IMG/VR virus record: IMGVR_UViG_3300042879_004844 | Length of the DNA: 64,000 nt | Reading direction: 5' to 3' (one strand) | Source: an uncultured virus (IMG/VR IMGVR_UViG_3300042879_004844) | Taxonomy: Duplodnaviria > Heunggongvirae > Uroviricota > Caudoviricetes | Shown here: in pieces, positions 63,981-64,000 of the stretch | How positions within the stretch are numbered: position 1 is the stretch's first letter | How the letters are laid out: each line of letters begins with the position of its first letter | The notes under the pieces: model-generated | The model's input: the letters and a program-made list of their open reading frames with translations, nothing else | What the model was told of the DNA's origin: nothing | Databases searched by the model: none | Made by a program: the position numbers and the translations under genes

Positions 63981-64000
63981 GGCGTGTTGAGAGTGGTGCG

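Noticed and set aside
1..64000. Very frequent TCGA, CTCGAG and GTCGAC
   Set aside because: Plausibly explained by NTC-GAN codon pairs; over-representation cannot be claimed without computation
1..64000. tRNA, rRNA, integrase or transposase
   Set aside because: None recognised by eye; intergenic gaps are few and short, though tRNAscan was not run

Overview
The window looks like most of a GC-rich tailed dsDNA phage genome with podovirus-like organisation. Both window edges fall in minus-strand fibre genes, so it is probably circularly permuted. Minus strand 17.8 kb to 1: RuvC-like resolvase, terminase subunits, probable portal and scaffold, a cassette of three glycosyltransferase-like genes plus an FkbM methyltransferase, major capsid protein, an AT-rich tailspike and fibre genes. 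Plus strand 18.2-36.5 kb: early and replication genes (SF2 helicase, dCMP deaminase, PD-(D/E)XK exonuclease, a serine-less ACP-like protein, family A polymerase, Nudix, dNMP kinase, a thymidylate-synthase homologue with the dCMP-type Asp, a SAM methyltransferase, a UDG-like protein, primase-helicase, DUF932, DUF2786). Minus strand 64 kb to 36.5 kb: fibre, lysis genes, phosphoesterase, GNAT, tail adaptor and nozzle, six small proteins that all start Met-Gly-Gly around a PAPS-reductase-like gene, and a 3115-aa polyvalent protein whose modules are separated by a repeated (R/K)F(M/L)P motif. Main candidates for undescribed biology are the motif-punctuated polyprotein, the MGG array with possible modifying enzymes, a modified-cytosine pathway, the Ser-to-Asp ACP mimic, the glycosylation cassette in the head module, and a promoter family predicting 3-nt leaders. 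All functions come from motif recognition by eye; no searches were run.
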